Shown here: positions 49,920 through 58,972 of the stretch, in pieces
Numbering within the stretch: the first letter of the stretch is position 1
Layout: each line of letters starts with the position of its first letter
Translations under genes and position numbers: made by a program
Assembly (NCBI GenBank): GCA_963674745.2
Contig: CAXXDV010000003.1
Location: 2,016,001-2,080,000, forward strand
From: Desulfosudaceae bacterium
GTDB taxonomy: Bacteria > Desulfobacterota > Desulfobacteria > Desulfobacterales > Desulfosudaceae
Reading direction: 5' to 3'
Length of the DNA stretch: 64,000 nt
Notes under the pieces: generated by a model
The model's database searches: none
Told to the model about the DNA's origin: nothing
Seen by the model: the letters and a program-made list of their open reading frames with translations, nothing else

Positions 49920-51059
49920 ATGGCATTGACAACCCGTATTACAGTTGAAAATAAAGATTTTCTGGCGGCTGCAAGGCATTTTTTGATCGATGTACTGAAT
50001 TCTGACAGTATTGATGCGATAGTGGTTCCGCTGGTTTCGGAAGGCGGCCATTCCATCATGCCGGAACTGGTAACGGTTCCTTCCCGGCTGGAACAGGCGG
50101 ATCCTTTGAGCCCTTGTTTCCCGATGAATTCTGCACGTCTGATTTCAAGGCTGACCCGCAAACCAGGGAACAGAAAAATTGCGGCCGTACTCAGGCCGTG
50201 TGAAATCCGGGCACTGGTAGAACTGGTTAAACTCAAACAGGCCCGACTGGACGACCTGATCGTGATCAGTATGGACTGCCTGGGGGCCTATTCCAACAAA
50301 GACTGGACCCTCATCAGCGCATCCGGGCCGGATAATTTTACCCGGACTTTTTATGAAAAACAACTTTCCGGCAGGCTTTCGGAGGAAGGCGAACCGGAAA
50401 TAACTTCAGCCTGCAGGGCCTGTGAATATCCGGTATCTGACCAGGCAGACATCACCTTTGATTTCCTGGGTACAGAGATTACCCGGGAATTTCATATTAC
50501 AGGAAAAAGCGATGCCGGAGAGGCCCTGATCCGTGACCTGGGTTTTGAAACATCAGAACTGCCAAAAGACAGGGGGGCCCGGATAGCGGATCTCACTGCC
50601 AGGCGCCTGGCATTCCGGGATGACATGTTTGCCAGAACCCGTGAGGCGGTTGCGCCCCTGGACAAGCTGTCTGTTTATTTTGAACGATGCGTGAACTGCT
50701 ATAACTGCCGGGTGGCCTGTCCGGTCTGCTATTGCAGAGAGTGTGTTTTCAACACGGACGTGTTTGACCACGATCCGTTTCAGTACATGGAAAAAGCCCA
50801 TCGCAGCGGCAGTCTCCGTCTGCCTTCGGACACGCTCTTTTTCCACATCACCCGGATGGCGCACATGAGCCTGTCCTGTGTGGGCTGCGGACAGTGTTCC
50901 AATGCCTGCCCCAATGACATCCCGGTGATGGAGGTTTTTCGTCTGGCAGCATCCGCAGCCCAGGACGGTTTTGGCTATATCCCGGGGATAAAAAAAGATG
51001 ACGCCCCGCCCCTGTCGGAATTTAAGGAAAACGAATTTGAAGAGGTTGTCGGCATTTAA
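49920..51059 (+). CDS. FdhB/FrhB-like Fe-S subunit
   Basis: RPCEIRAL.EL.K..Q, MDCLG, ACRAC, CVNCYNCRVACPVCYCREC, CVGCGQCSNACP. Confidence 0.8.
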   Translation: MALTTRITVENKDFLAAARHFLIDVLNSDSIDAIVVPLVSEGGHSIMPELVTVPSRLEQADPLSPCFPMNSARLISRLTRKPGNRKIAAVLRPCEIRALVELVKLKQARLDDLIVISMDCLGAYSNKDWTLISASGPDNFTRTFYEKQLSGRLSEEGEPEITSACRACEYPVSDQADITFDFLGTEITREFHITGKSDAGEALIRDLGFETSELPKDRGARIADLTARRLAFRDDMFARTREAVAPLDKLSVYFERCVNCYNCRVACPVCYCRECVFNTDVFDHDPFQYMEKAHRSGSLRLPSDTLFFHITRMAHMSLSCVGCGQCSNACPNDIPVMEVFRLAASAAQDGFGYIPGIKKDDAPPLSEFKENEFEEVVGI

Positions 51060-51082
51060 CAAAATGATAAAAGGAAAAAAAC

Positions 51083-54000
51083 ATGAAGCCTGATCCCATG
51101 GATAATGAGCACAGCAACGCCCTGGTCGTCGGCGCAGGAATTTCCGGTATCCGCACTGCTCTGGATCTGGCCCAGCAGGGATACAGGGTGACGTTGATCG
51201 ACAGTAATCCGGCAACAGGCGGTCTGCTTAACCAGCTGGATTATCAGTTTCCCACTAATCACTGCGGCATGTGCAGGCTGCTGCCCCTGGTTCACCGGGA
51301 CCAGTCTTCCCAGCACTGCCTGCGCAAAGGTATTTTTCACGAAAACATCGACCTGCACTTATCCTGTGAGCTGCAGGATCTGTCCGGTGAGCCGGGAAAT
51401 TTTACGGCCCGGATAAAAGAAAAGCCGACCTGGGTGGATCCTGATCGATGCGTGGGATGTGGCCTTTGTGAACAGGTCTGCCCGGAAGAAATCCCGGACT
51501 GTTTCAACGAGGGGCTTTCCCGTAGAAAGGCGATTCATTTGCCCGTTCCCCATGCCATTCCAAATGCGTATGTTGTGGACCTGGCATTTTGCAGTCGTTG
51601 CGGCGCCTGTGAAGCGGTCTGTCCCACTGATGCGATTCAGCTGTCGGATGTCAACCGGAAGGCTTTTTCCATTCTGGTGGTGGATGATGAACTGAGCATC
51701 CGGGATTCCCTCAAAGAATGGCTGGAAGAAGAAGGTTTCAGCGTCGACATGGCCGATTCGGGCAAGGCGGCGCTTTCCGCGCTGGAAGAAAAAGAGTATC
51801 GTCTTATGCTGACCGACATCAAGATGCCGGAAATGGACGGCGTCGAGCTCTTGGCAAAGGCAAAAGAACTCCAGTCCGAGCTGAACGTGGTCATGATGAC
51901 AGCCTATGCTACCGTTGAGACGGCCATCGAAACCATGAAAACCGGCGCCCGGGATTACCTGATCAAACCGTTTGACCCGGAGACCCTGATACCCATGGTG
52001 GTCCGTATTTTTCAGGATGTCGAAGCATCAAAAGACCGGGTATTGTCAGTGGATACAGTTATCTTTGCCTGCGGTACCACTTTCTACAATCCCGCGGATA
52101 ACAAAAATGTTTATGGTTACGGGATTTATCCCAATGTACTCACCCACATCGAGTTTGAACGTATGCTCAGTCCGGCCGGCCCGAGTCCGGAAGGACTGCT
52201 GCGACGGGACAACAACAAGCCTGTAAAAAAAATTGCCTGGATTCAATGTGTCGGCTCAAGGGACATACAGAACGGGGCTGATTACTGCTCAGGCATCTGC
52301 TGTATGATTGCGGTAAAGGAGGCCATGCTGGCCAGACAGATGTCAGGCGGTCAAATTGAACCCGTTATTTTTTATATGGATATGCGGGCCTGGGGCAAGC
52401 CTTTTCAGTCTTATCTTGACGAAGCTGCGGAATCGGATCAAATCCGATTTGTCCGCTGCAAAGTTCACTCTTTAAGCGAGGATTCCGAGACCCGAGACCT
52501 TGTGCTGCGTTACATGGACCGGCCAGGACACGCCGTCTTTGAAAACTTTGATATGGTCGTTCTTTCCACAGGAATGCGGCCCGGTCCGGATATGGCGCGG
52601 CTGGCGGAAATCACAGGTGTCGGACTGAATCCCTGGGGATTTTTTGATCACCTTCCGTTTGAGCCTGCCAGGACCGGCCAGGACGGCATTTTTGTCTCCG
52701 GTTCCACCACGGAACTCCGGGACATCAGCGAGTCGATGATCACGGCCTCTGCTGCTGCTGCCAATGCTTCCGGAATTATCCGGAAGCAAGATGCCGGGCA
52801 AAAAATGCCGGCACTTCCCGTCTTACCTGAAAAGGATACAAGCCGGGAGCCCGTGCGGATTCTTCCGGTGATCTGCACCTGCAACGGACGCCTGGAGGCA
52901 GCGGTGACAAAAAAAGATATCGAGCAGGTTTTTGATTTCGACCCGGACCTTGACGATCCCGTTTTTATTGACCGGCTCTGCATGGCCCAGGGATGGCAGG
53001 AAATGAAAGACCACCTGGCAGACAGTGCCTGCAACCGGATGTTGATCGCCGCATGCCATCCTTATGTGTTTACGCCCGGAATCCGGAGGCTGAGGGATGA
53101 TCCCGGGGTTGATCCGGCCATGGTTCATGCCGTGGATACCATGACCCCTCTTTTCTCAACAAAACCGGAGAAAGCAGAAGAAAAAACATTACATTTATCC
53201 CGGATCGCCGCTGGCCTGCGCCAGGGAGCGGCCTTTCTGAAGCATGCCGAGCCCGCATCTCGCACTGAAACAGCCATGTGTCAGCGGGTACTGGTGATCG
53301 GGGGGGGGATCGCCGGCATGACGGCCGCCCTGGCTATTGCCGGTCAGGGCTTTGAGGTGGACCTGGTAGAAAAAGAAGAACAGTTTGGCGGCAATCTGAA
53401 CTGGCTTTCTTCCACCCTTGAGGGGCATGACGTCAAGGCCCTTCTCGAGGACACACTGTCCCGTCTAGGCAAAGCACCCGCCCTTTCACTTTATCCCGGT
53501 GCCCGGTTGGTGAATGTAACCGGAACCGCCGGTCATTTCCGGACGGTCCTCGAAGACGACCAGCAAAAAGGGGTGTCCCTGACACACGGCGCCGTCATCA
53601 TTGCCACCGGCGGCCGGGAATCAGATACCTGCGCCTTTTTGCATGGTGAAAATGACCGGGTGATCACCCAGAAAGCGCTGGAGGGAAAACTGTCTGAGGA
53701 AGGGGCCGATATTCCGGGTACAGTCGTGATGATTTTATGCGTTGACTCCAGGGTTCCGTCTGCGAACTACTGTTCCCAGGTCTGCTGCCCGACAGCGATA
53801 AAACAGGCGAGAGAAATCAAACGGCGCAGCCCGGACACAGAAATTTTTATTTTCTACCGGGATATGATGACCTGCGGTTTTTCAGAGACTTATTTCACCC
53901 ATGCCAGAAATGAAGGCATTATTTTCATCCCCTATTCACTGGACAAGCTTCCGGAAGTAAAAGCCATAGAGGACGGTATTCAGGTCTGCGGGAACGATCC

Positions 54001-54532
54001 CATCCTGGATCAGTCTCTTGAAATTTCAGCCGATCTTCTAATCCTTGCCACTGGAATTACACCGGAGTTGCCTGAAGATCTTGCAGAGATGCTTGGTATC
54101 GTCCGTGATAAAAACGGTTTTTTTAATGAAGCGGACCCCAAATGGCGTCCTTTGGACAGTCTCACCGAAGGCATTTTTGCCTGCGGTATTGTCCAGGCAC
54201 CCCGATCAGTGGAAAAGAGCATTGGAACGGCTCAGGCCGCAGCGCAGCGGGCCATGAGCATTATCAGCCAGCCCCGTTACCGGATGGACAGGACCACAGC
54301 ATCCGTCCGGCATGCAATCTGCAGCCGCTGTGAAGCCTGCATCCCGGTTTGCCCTTACAACGCACGAACACTGAACACAGAAGAAGACAGGATTCAGGTC
54401 AATGCATTGGCCTGCCAGGGATGCGGGGCCTGTGCAGCAGCCTGTCCCAATGGAGCGGCTATCCTTGAAGGCTTTTCCAGCCGTCAGATGCTGGATGGTA
54501 TTGACGCAGTCTTTTATCCGCTGCCGAATTAA
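51083..54532 (+). CDS. hdrA: Tandem (two-FAD-module) HdrA-like subunit with an internal response-regulator receiver domain
   Basis: GAGISG and GGGIAG FAD motifs; FPTNHCGMC; inserted ferredoxin; REC at about 51668-52016; YCSGICC and YCSQVCC clusters; C-terminal 2x[4Fe-4S]. Confidence 0.9.
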   Translation: MKPDPMDNEHSNALVVGAGISGIRTALDLAQQGYRVTLIDSNPATGGLLNQLDYQFPTNHCGMCRLLPLVHRDQSSQHCLRKGIFHENIDLHLSCELQDLSGEPGNFTARIKEKPTWVDPDRCVGCGLCEQVCPEEIPDCFNEGLSRRKAIHLPVPHAIPNAYVVDLAFCSRCGACEAVCPTDAIQLSDVNRKAFSILVVDDELSIRDSLKEWLEEEGFSVDMADSGKAALSALEEKEYRLMLTDIKMPEMDGVELLAKAKELQSELNVVMMTAYATVETAIETMKTGARDYLIKPFDPETLIPMVVRIFQDVEASKDRVLSVDTVIFACGTTFYNPADNKNVYGYGIYPNVLTHIEFERMLSPAGPSPEGLLRRDNNKPVKKIAWIQCVGSRDIQNGADYCSGICCMIAVKEAMLARQMSGGQIEPVIFYMDMRAWGKPFQSYLDEAAESDQIRFVRCKVHSLSEDSETRDLVLRYMDRPGHAVFENFDMVVLSTGMRPGPDMARLAEITGVGLNPWGFFDHLPFEPARTGQDGIFVSGSTTELRDISESMITASAAAANASGIIRKQDAGQKMPALPVLPEKDTSREPVRILPVICTCNGRLEAAVTKKDIEQVFDFDPDLDDPVFIDRLCMAQGWQEMKDHLADSACNRMLIAACHPYVFTPGIRRLRDDPGVDPAMVHAVDTMTPLFSTKPEKAEEKTLHLSRIAAGLRQGAAFLKHAEPASRTETAMCQRVLVIGGGIAGMTAALAIAGQGFEVDLVEKEEQFGGNLNWLSSTLEGHDVKALLEDTLSRLGKAPALSLYPGARLVNVTGTAGHFRTVLEDDQQKGVSLTHGAVIIATGGRESDTCAFLHGENDRVITQKALEGKLSEEGADIPGTVVMILCVDSRVPSANYCSQVCCPTAIKQAREIKRRSPDTEIFIFYRDMMTCGFSETYFTHARNEGIIFIPYSLDKLPEVKAIEDGIQVCGNDPILDQSLEISADLLILATGITPELPEDLAEMLGIVRDKNGFFNEADPKWRPLDSLTEGIFACGIVQAPRSVEKSIGTAQAAAQRAMSIISQPRYRMDRTTASVRHAICSRCEACIPVCPYNARTLNTEEDRIQVNALACQGCGACAAACPNGAAILEGFSSRQMLDGIDAVFYPLPN

Positions 54533-54544
54533 GAATCAAAAAAA

Positions 54545-55141
54545 GTGCCACGGAGCATGACTATGAAAAAAAAAGAAAATATCGTCCCGGAACGAGCAAA
54601 ACATCTTTTGGCAGCTGTGAGGGAAATGGTTCAGCCCTGCATCCAGTGCGGAACCTGTACCGGTTCATGCCCCAACGCTTTTGCCATGACACATACACCC
54701 AGAGCGCTGTGGCACATGGTGATAGAAGGTCAGGACGCTGAAGTATTGTCCAGCAAGACCTTTATTCTCTGCTCCTCCTGTTACTCATGCACCCTCCGCT
54801 GCCCCCGAGGGCTGCCGTTGACAAATGCCATGTCCCTGCTGACCCAGGCGGCCAGAGATGAAAATCAGCCCTGGTTTGTCAAAAGCCAGGCTTTTTATAC
54901 GGCATTTCTGGACAGTGTCCGCCGTCGAAAGCGCGTAAATGAGACTGAATTTATGTCTCTCTTCTTCTGGAAAATGAAAAATCCGATCCTTTCTCTGCAA
55001 TTTGCTTCCCTGGGCCTGAAACTGATGAAGAAACGCAAAATCAGTCTTCCGGTGTTTTTCCCGGGACAGGAAACAGGGCTTGAAAAAATTTTTGAAAAAA
55101 CCCGGCAGGTGGAAGCCGGACAAATGGAGAAAAAGGCATGA
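54545..55141 (+). CDS. hdrC: Heterodisulfide reductase subunit C-like
   Basis: CIQCGTCTGSCP and CSSCYSCTLRCPRG. Confidence 0.88.
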   Translation: MPRSMTMKKKENIVPERAKHLLAAVREMVQPCIQCGTCTGSCPNAFAMTHTPRALWHMVIEGQDAEVLSSKTFILCSSCYSCTLRCPRGLPLTNAMSLLTQAARDENQPWFVKSQAFYTAFLDSVRRRKRVNETEFMSLFFWKMKNPILSLQFASLGLKLMKKRKISLPVFFPGQETGLEKIFEKTRQVEAGQMEKKA

Positions 55142-56055
55142 AATATCTTTATTATCCCGGATGTTCCCTGGAGGGTACGGCTCTGGAATACAACCGCTCG
55201 ACCTGTTCCCTCATGGCGGCCCTGGGAGTGGAACTGGTGGAGATTGATGACTGGTCCTGCTGCGGGGCCAGTGCGGCCACAACGATATCTGAACTGCTTT
55301 CCCTTGTACTACCGGCCCGAAATCTGGCGCTGGCAGAAAGGATGTGCGAAGAAACCGGTGAAAAGCTGGATATTTTAGTACCCTGTTCGGCCTGCTATCT
55401 AAATTTAAAAAAAGTATCTGAACAGGCAGCGGCAAACCCTGCGTTGCTGGATCAGCTGAACTCGATTCTGGCAGAAGATGGACTGAAACTCGAGAATCAC
55501 TTGAATGTCCGTCACCTGCTCGATGTGCTCAGCAAAGACTTAGATCCGGACCATCTGGCCGCAAGCGTCATATCTCCGCTGTTCGGGGTATCAGCCGCAC
55601 CATATTACGGGTGTCAGTGCCTGAGGCCCTACCCTGTTTTTGATGATCCGGAGAAACCCGAATCAATGGATGCCCTGATCCGGGCCTGTGGTGCAACGCC
55701 CTATGCCTGGGCCATGGGAGGGGTCTGCTGCGGCGCATCACATATGAATACAAAACCGGAAGTCGGAAAAACGTTGGTTGGACGTATCCTGAGCCGGGCC
55801 GGAAATGCCGACGTCATCCTGACGGTCTGTCCAATGTGCCAGATGAACCTTGAAGGATATCAGAAAAAAACCGGCCATGCCTGTCATAAGGAATTCAATA
55901 CCACGATTCTGTATCTTCCACAATTTATCGGAATCGCGCTGGGCCTCTCAGAAGAACAGGTCCGCACGGATTTAAACCTTTCAATCACAGCCGATTTCAA
56001 AAAAAAGATAGAAAATTTGACACGCACGTCCTTAACTCAGGCGTCTTCAGGATAG
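55138..56055 (+). CDS. hdrB: Heterodisulfide reductase subunit B-like
   Basis: YYPGCSL, WSCCGA, PCSAC; YYGCQ, CCGA, VCPMCQMNL (two CCG domains). Confidence 0.92.
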   Translation: MKYLYYPGCSLEGTALEYNRSTCSLMAALGVELVEIDDWSCCGASAATTISELLSLVLPARNLALAERMCEETGEKLDILVPCSACYLNLKKVSEQAAANPALLDQLNSILAEDGLKLENHLNVRHLLDVLSKDLDPDHLAASVISPLFGVSAAPYYGCQCLRPYPVFDDPEKPESMDALIRACGATPYAWAMGGVCCGASHMNTKPEVGKTLVGRILSRAGNADVILTVCPMCQMNLEGYQKKTGHACHKEFNTTILYLPQFIGIALGLSEEQVRTDLNLSITADFKKKIENLTRTSLTQASSG

Positions 56056-56078
56056 TCCAACAATATAAGGAGGGTATT

Positions 56079-57392
56079 ATGTTTAAAAAAATTCTTTTGG
56101 CGACTACGCCGGCAGACGAGTCAAAAGGGGCGGCAGATCTTGCTTTTGCCATGGCAAGGCCGAGCAGTTCAAAGCTTTACATCTTTCATGCCTATGGGCT
56201 TCCGGATCAGGGATGGGGCAACATGCGTTATCTTTTGCCGTCCGGCAAGGTAGACGAGGCCGAAAAAGAACTGGAAGCTTATTTTAAAGCAGACCTGGAA
56301 GCTGTGGAAAATTATGAAGTCAAAGTTGTTCCGGGCGTTCCTGAAATTGAGATTCTCAGGTATGCCAGAAAGCATAATGTGGATGTGATTGTCATGGGCC
56401 CGCACCGGGTGGAACAGAATCAGCCGCGTATCTGGGGAATGACGGGTTCCACCATACAGAAAGTCAGCCTCAAGGCCCGGTGTCCGGTGATGATCGTCCC
56501 ACCGGATATGCCGGAAATTTTTCGTCCGGAAGAAGTCCATCTTTCAAAGGAAGACCGTCTAAGTTACAATGTCCTTGTTGTCGACGACGAACTTTCAATG
56601 CGTGATTCTTTAAAAGAATGGCTGACCGAAGAAGGGTTTACCGCTGATATGGCGGAATCCGGGGAGCAGGCACTTGAAATGCTGTCTAAAAAAACATATC
56701 AGCTCATGCTGACAGACATCAAGATGCCGGGTATGGACGGGGTTACACTGCTGGAAAAGGCAAAGCAGTATTATCCCCGGCTTGCCGTGGTCATGATGAC
56801 GGCCTATGCCACCATTGATACTGCCCTGCGCGCGACAAAAAAAGGGGCACTGGATTACCTGGTCAAACCCTTTGATCCGGAACAGCTGATTCCGAAACTC
56901 CGGCAGTTTCATCAGGATTACGAACTCACCCGCGGACGGTTTAAAATTGCTTTTTCAAACATTGTTCTTGCAACAGACTTCAGCAAACCGGCATTTTGTG
57001 CATTTAATTTTGCATTGGATATCGCGCAGGTATATGACGCAACCCTGCATATTTTTCATGTCCTGCCGGATACTGATCATGAAAAAATTCTGCCCCAGGC
57101 TGAAGTAGAACGAAACATCCAGGAAGCCCTGTCAAAAATGGAACAGCGCTATGGCCCTGATCTTTCTGCAGTTGTTGATTATTCAATGGATTCCTGGGAA
57201 GGCGTTCCTCATGCAGAAATTTTGAAATTTGCCAGATGGAAATATGCCGATCTCATCATAATGGCCCATCATTCCAGGGAGCGGGATCCGGAAAGCGCTG
57301 TTCTTGGCTCCACAGTGATTAAAGTTGCCTCCAGTGCCCGGTGCCCGGTACTGAGCATTAACAGGGATTTCATTCCTCGCTGCTGTGCCTGA
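56079..57392 (+). CDS. Universal stress protein with a central receiver domain (USP-REC-USP)
   Basis: MFKKILLAT...DVIVMG...GST..KV...CPVMIV; REC at about 56565-56915; NIVLATDFS...DLIIMA...LGST..KV...CPVLSI. Confidence 0.88.
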   Translation: MFKKILLATTPADESKGAADLAFAMARPSSSKLYIFHAYGLPDQGWGNMRYLLPSGKVDEAEKELEAYFKADLEAVENYEVKVVPGVPEIEILRYARKHNVDVIVMGPHRVEQNQPRIWGMTGSTIQKVSLKARCPVMIVPPDMPEIFRPEEVHLSKEDRLSYNVLVVDDELSMRDSLKEWLTEEGFTADMAESGEQALEMLSKKTYQLMLTDIKMPGMDGVTLLEKAKQYYPRLAVVMMTAYATIDTALRATKKGALDYLVKPFDPEQLIPKLRQFHQDYELTRGRFKIAFSNIVLATDFSKPAFCAFNFALDIAQVYDATLHIFHVLPDTDHEKILPQAEVERNIQEALSKMEQRYGPDLSAVVDYSMDSWEGVPHAEILKFARWKYADLIIMAHHSRERDPESAVLGSTVIKVASSARCPVLSINRDFIPRCCA

Positions 57393-57403
57393 TAACGGAG
57401 TTC

Positions 57404-58957
57404 ATGATGAATGAAGATAAAACGGAATGGAAAATCGTATTAATCGATGATGAACCCGATATCAGGGAGGTGATCCAGATCGTCCTGACGGACTGGGGAT
57501 ATACTGTTTTTACGGCTGATAACGGGTTGTCCGGCCTGGCATTGTGCCGGAAAATCTCTCCCCAGGTGGTGATCACCGATGTAAAAATGCCTGGTATGGG
57601 AGGTCTCCAGGTACTGGCACGCCTGAAAGAAGTGCAACCAAGAATTGAAGTCATCGTGATGACGGCTTTCGGGGATATCGAAACCGCCATCGAGGCGATT
57701 CAGCTGAATGCATCTGATTTTATCACAAAGCCGGTCAATGACCAGGCATTGGAACTGGCCATTGATCGGGCGAAACAGCGATATACATCGGCCAGGCAGA
57801 TCAGGGAACACGCAAAGATGCTGGAAAACGGCTGGATGCAGGCCAACCGTGAGCTTGAGAAAAACTACCACTTCCAGGATAAAATTATCAATAATTCCAT
57901 CAGTGGGATTATTGCCAGCGGTCCGGATGGCCTGATTAAACTTTTTAATGCCAGTGCCGAAAAGATGACCGGCTTCAAAGCAGCTGAAATCCTGGGGACA
58001 AAAAAACTGGCTTCCCTTTTCGACGAAAACGATTTCAACGAGATCGAACTGGCTCTGGCTGATAATGGTCACGGTGGACCGAACCGGATCGATCTTATGG
58101 AATCAATGATCAAGGACGATAATGGTACACATATCCCTGTTCAGATTTCAGCCAGCCTTTTGTTCGACAACCAGAAACATGAAGGTACGCTGATCTGCCT
58201 GCGGGATCTCAGGGAATTGCGCCGGATCGAAAGGGAAATGGCGGACCAGGAGAAAATCCTGCACCAGGACAAAATGATGTCTCTTGGAAGACTGGCCGCG
58301 TCTGTGGTTCATGAAATCAACAACCCCCTGTCCGGAATTTTGAATTATCTGCGGCTTATGGAAAAAATGACCCGGAAGCCCCTGGATGAAACAAAACTTG
58401 AAAAATTTTCCGGGTACCTGGAAATTGCGTCCAAAGAAACGGCCCGCTGTTCTTCTATCATTTCAAATCTTCTGATTTTTTCCAGAAAATCATCAATCAG
58501 TTATGAAGCCGTGAACGTGACAGATCTTCTGGAGCGGACGGCTCTGCTCATCCGCCACAAACTCGAACTGTCCAACGTATCCCTCTTACTCGAGCGTCCC
58601 GCCGACATTCCTGACTTAAAAGCGGATGCCAACCAGATTCAGCAATGTCTGATCAATCTTATTTTTAATGCCCTGGATGCAACACCGGAAGGGGGCACCA
58701 TCACCATCAGTGCGGATCACCCTTCAGGTACCAACCAAATCAATATATCCATCGCCGACTCCGGCAGCGGCATCCCTGAAAAAGACCTGCCATATATTTT
58801 TGATCCTTTTTTTACAACCAAAAAAGAAGGCCATGGTGTCGGGCTGGGGCTTTCAACCGTTTACGGCATCATGGAACGCCATGGCGGGGCCGTCCGGGTA
58901 GCAGAGACCGGTCCTTCCGGCACCCGCTTTATTTTGGAATTCAACTCCCTGGCTTAA
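57404..58957 (+). CDS. Cytoplasmic hybrid histidine kinase (REC-PAS-HisKA-HATPase)
   Basis: LIDDE/TDVKMP/KP receiver; FNASAEKMTG PAS; HEINNPL; NALDA, DSGSG, DPFFTTK, GLGL. Confidence 0.92.
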   Translation: MMNEDKTEWKIVLIDDEPDIREVIQIVLTDWGYTVFTADNGLSGLALCRKISPQVVITDVKMPGMGGLQVLARLKEVQPRIEVIVMTAFGDIETAIEAIQLNASDFITKPVNDQALELAIDRAKQRYTSARQIREHAKMLENGWMQANRELEKNYHFQDKIINNSISGIIASGPDGLIKLFNASAEKMTGFKAAEILGTKKLASLFDENDFNEIELALADNGHGGPNRIDLMESMIKDDNGTHIPVQISASLLFDNQKHEGTLICLRDLRELRRIEREMADQEKILHQDKMMSLGRLAASVVHEINNPLSGILNYLRLMEKMTRKPLDETKLEKFSGYLEIASKETARCSSIISNLLIFSRKSSISYEAVNVTDLLERTALLIRHKLELSNVSLLLERPADIPDLKADANQIQQCLINLIFNALDATPEGGTITISADHPSGTNQINISIADSGSGIPEKDLPYIFDPFFTTKKEGHGVGLGLSTVYGIMERHGGAVRVAETGPSGTRFILEFNSLA

Positions 58958-58972
58958 AAAAAGACAAGGTAC

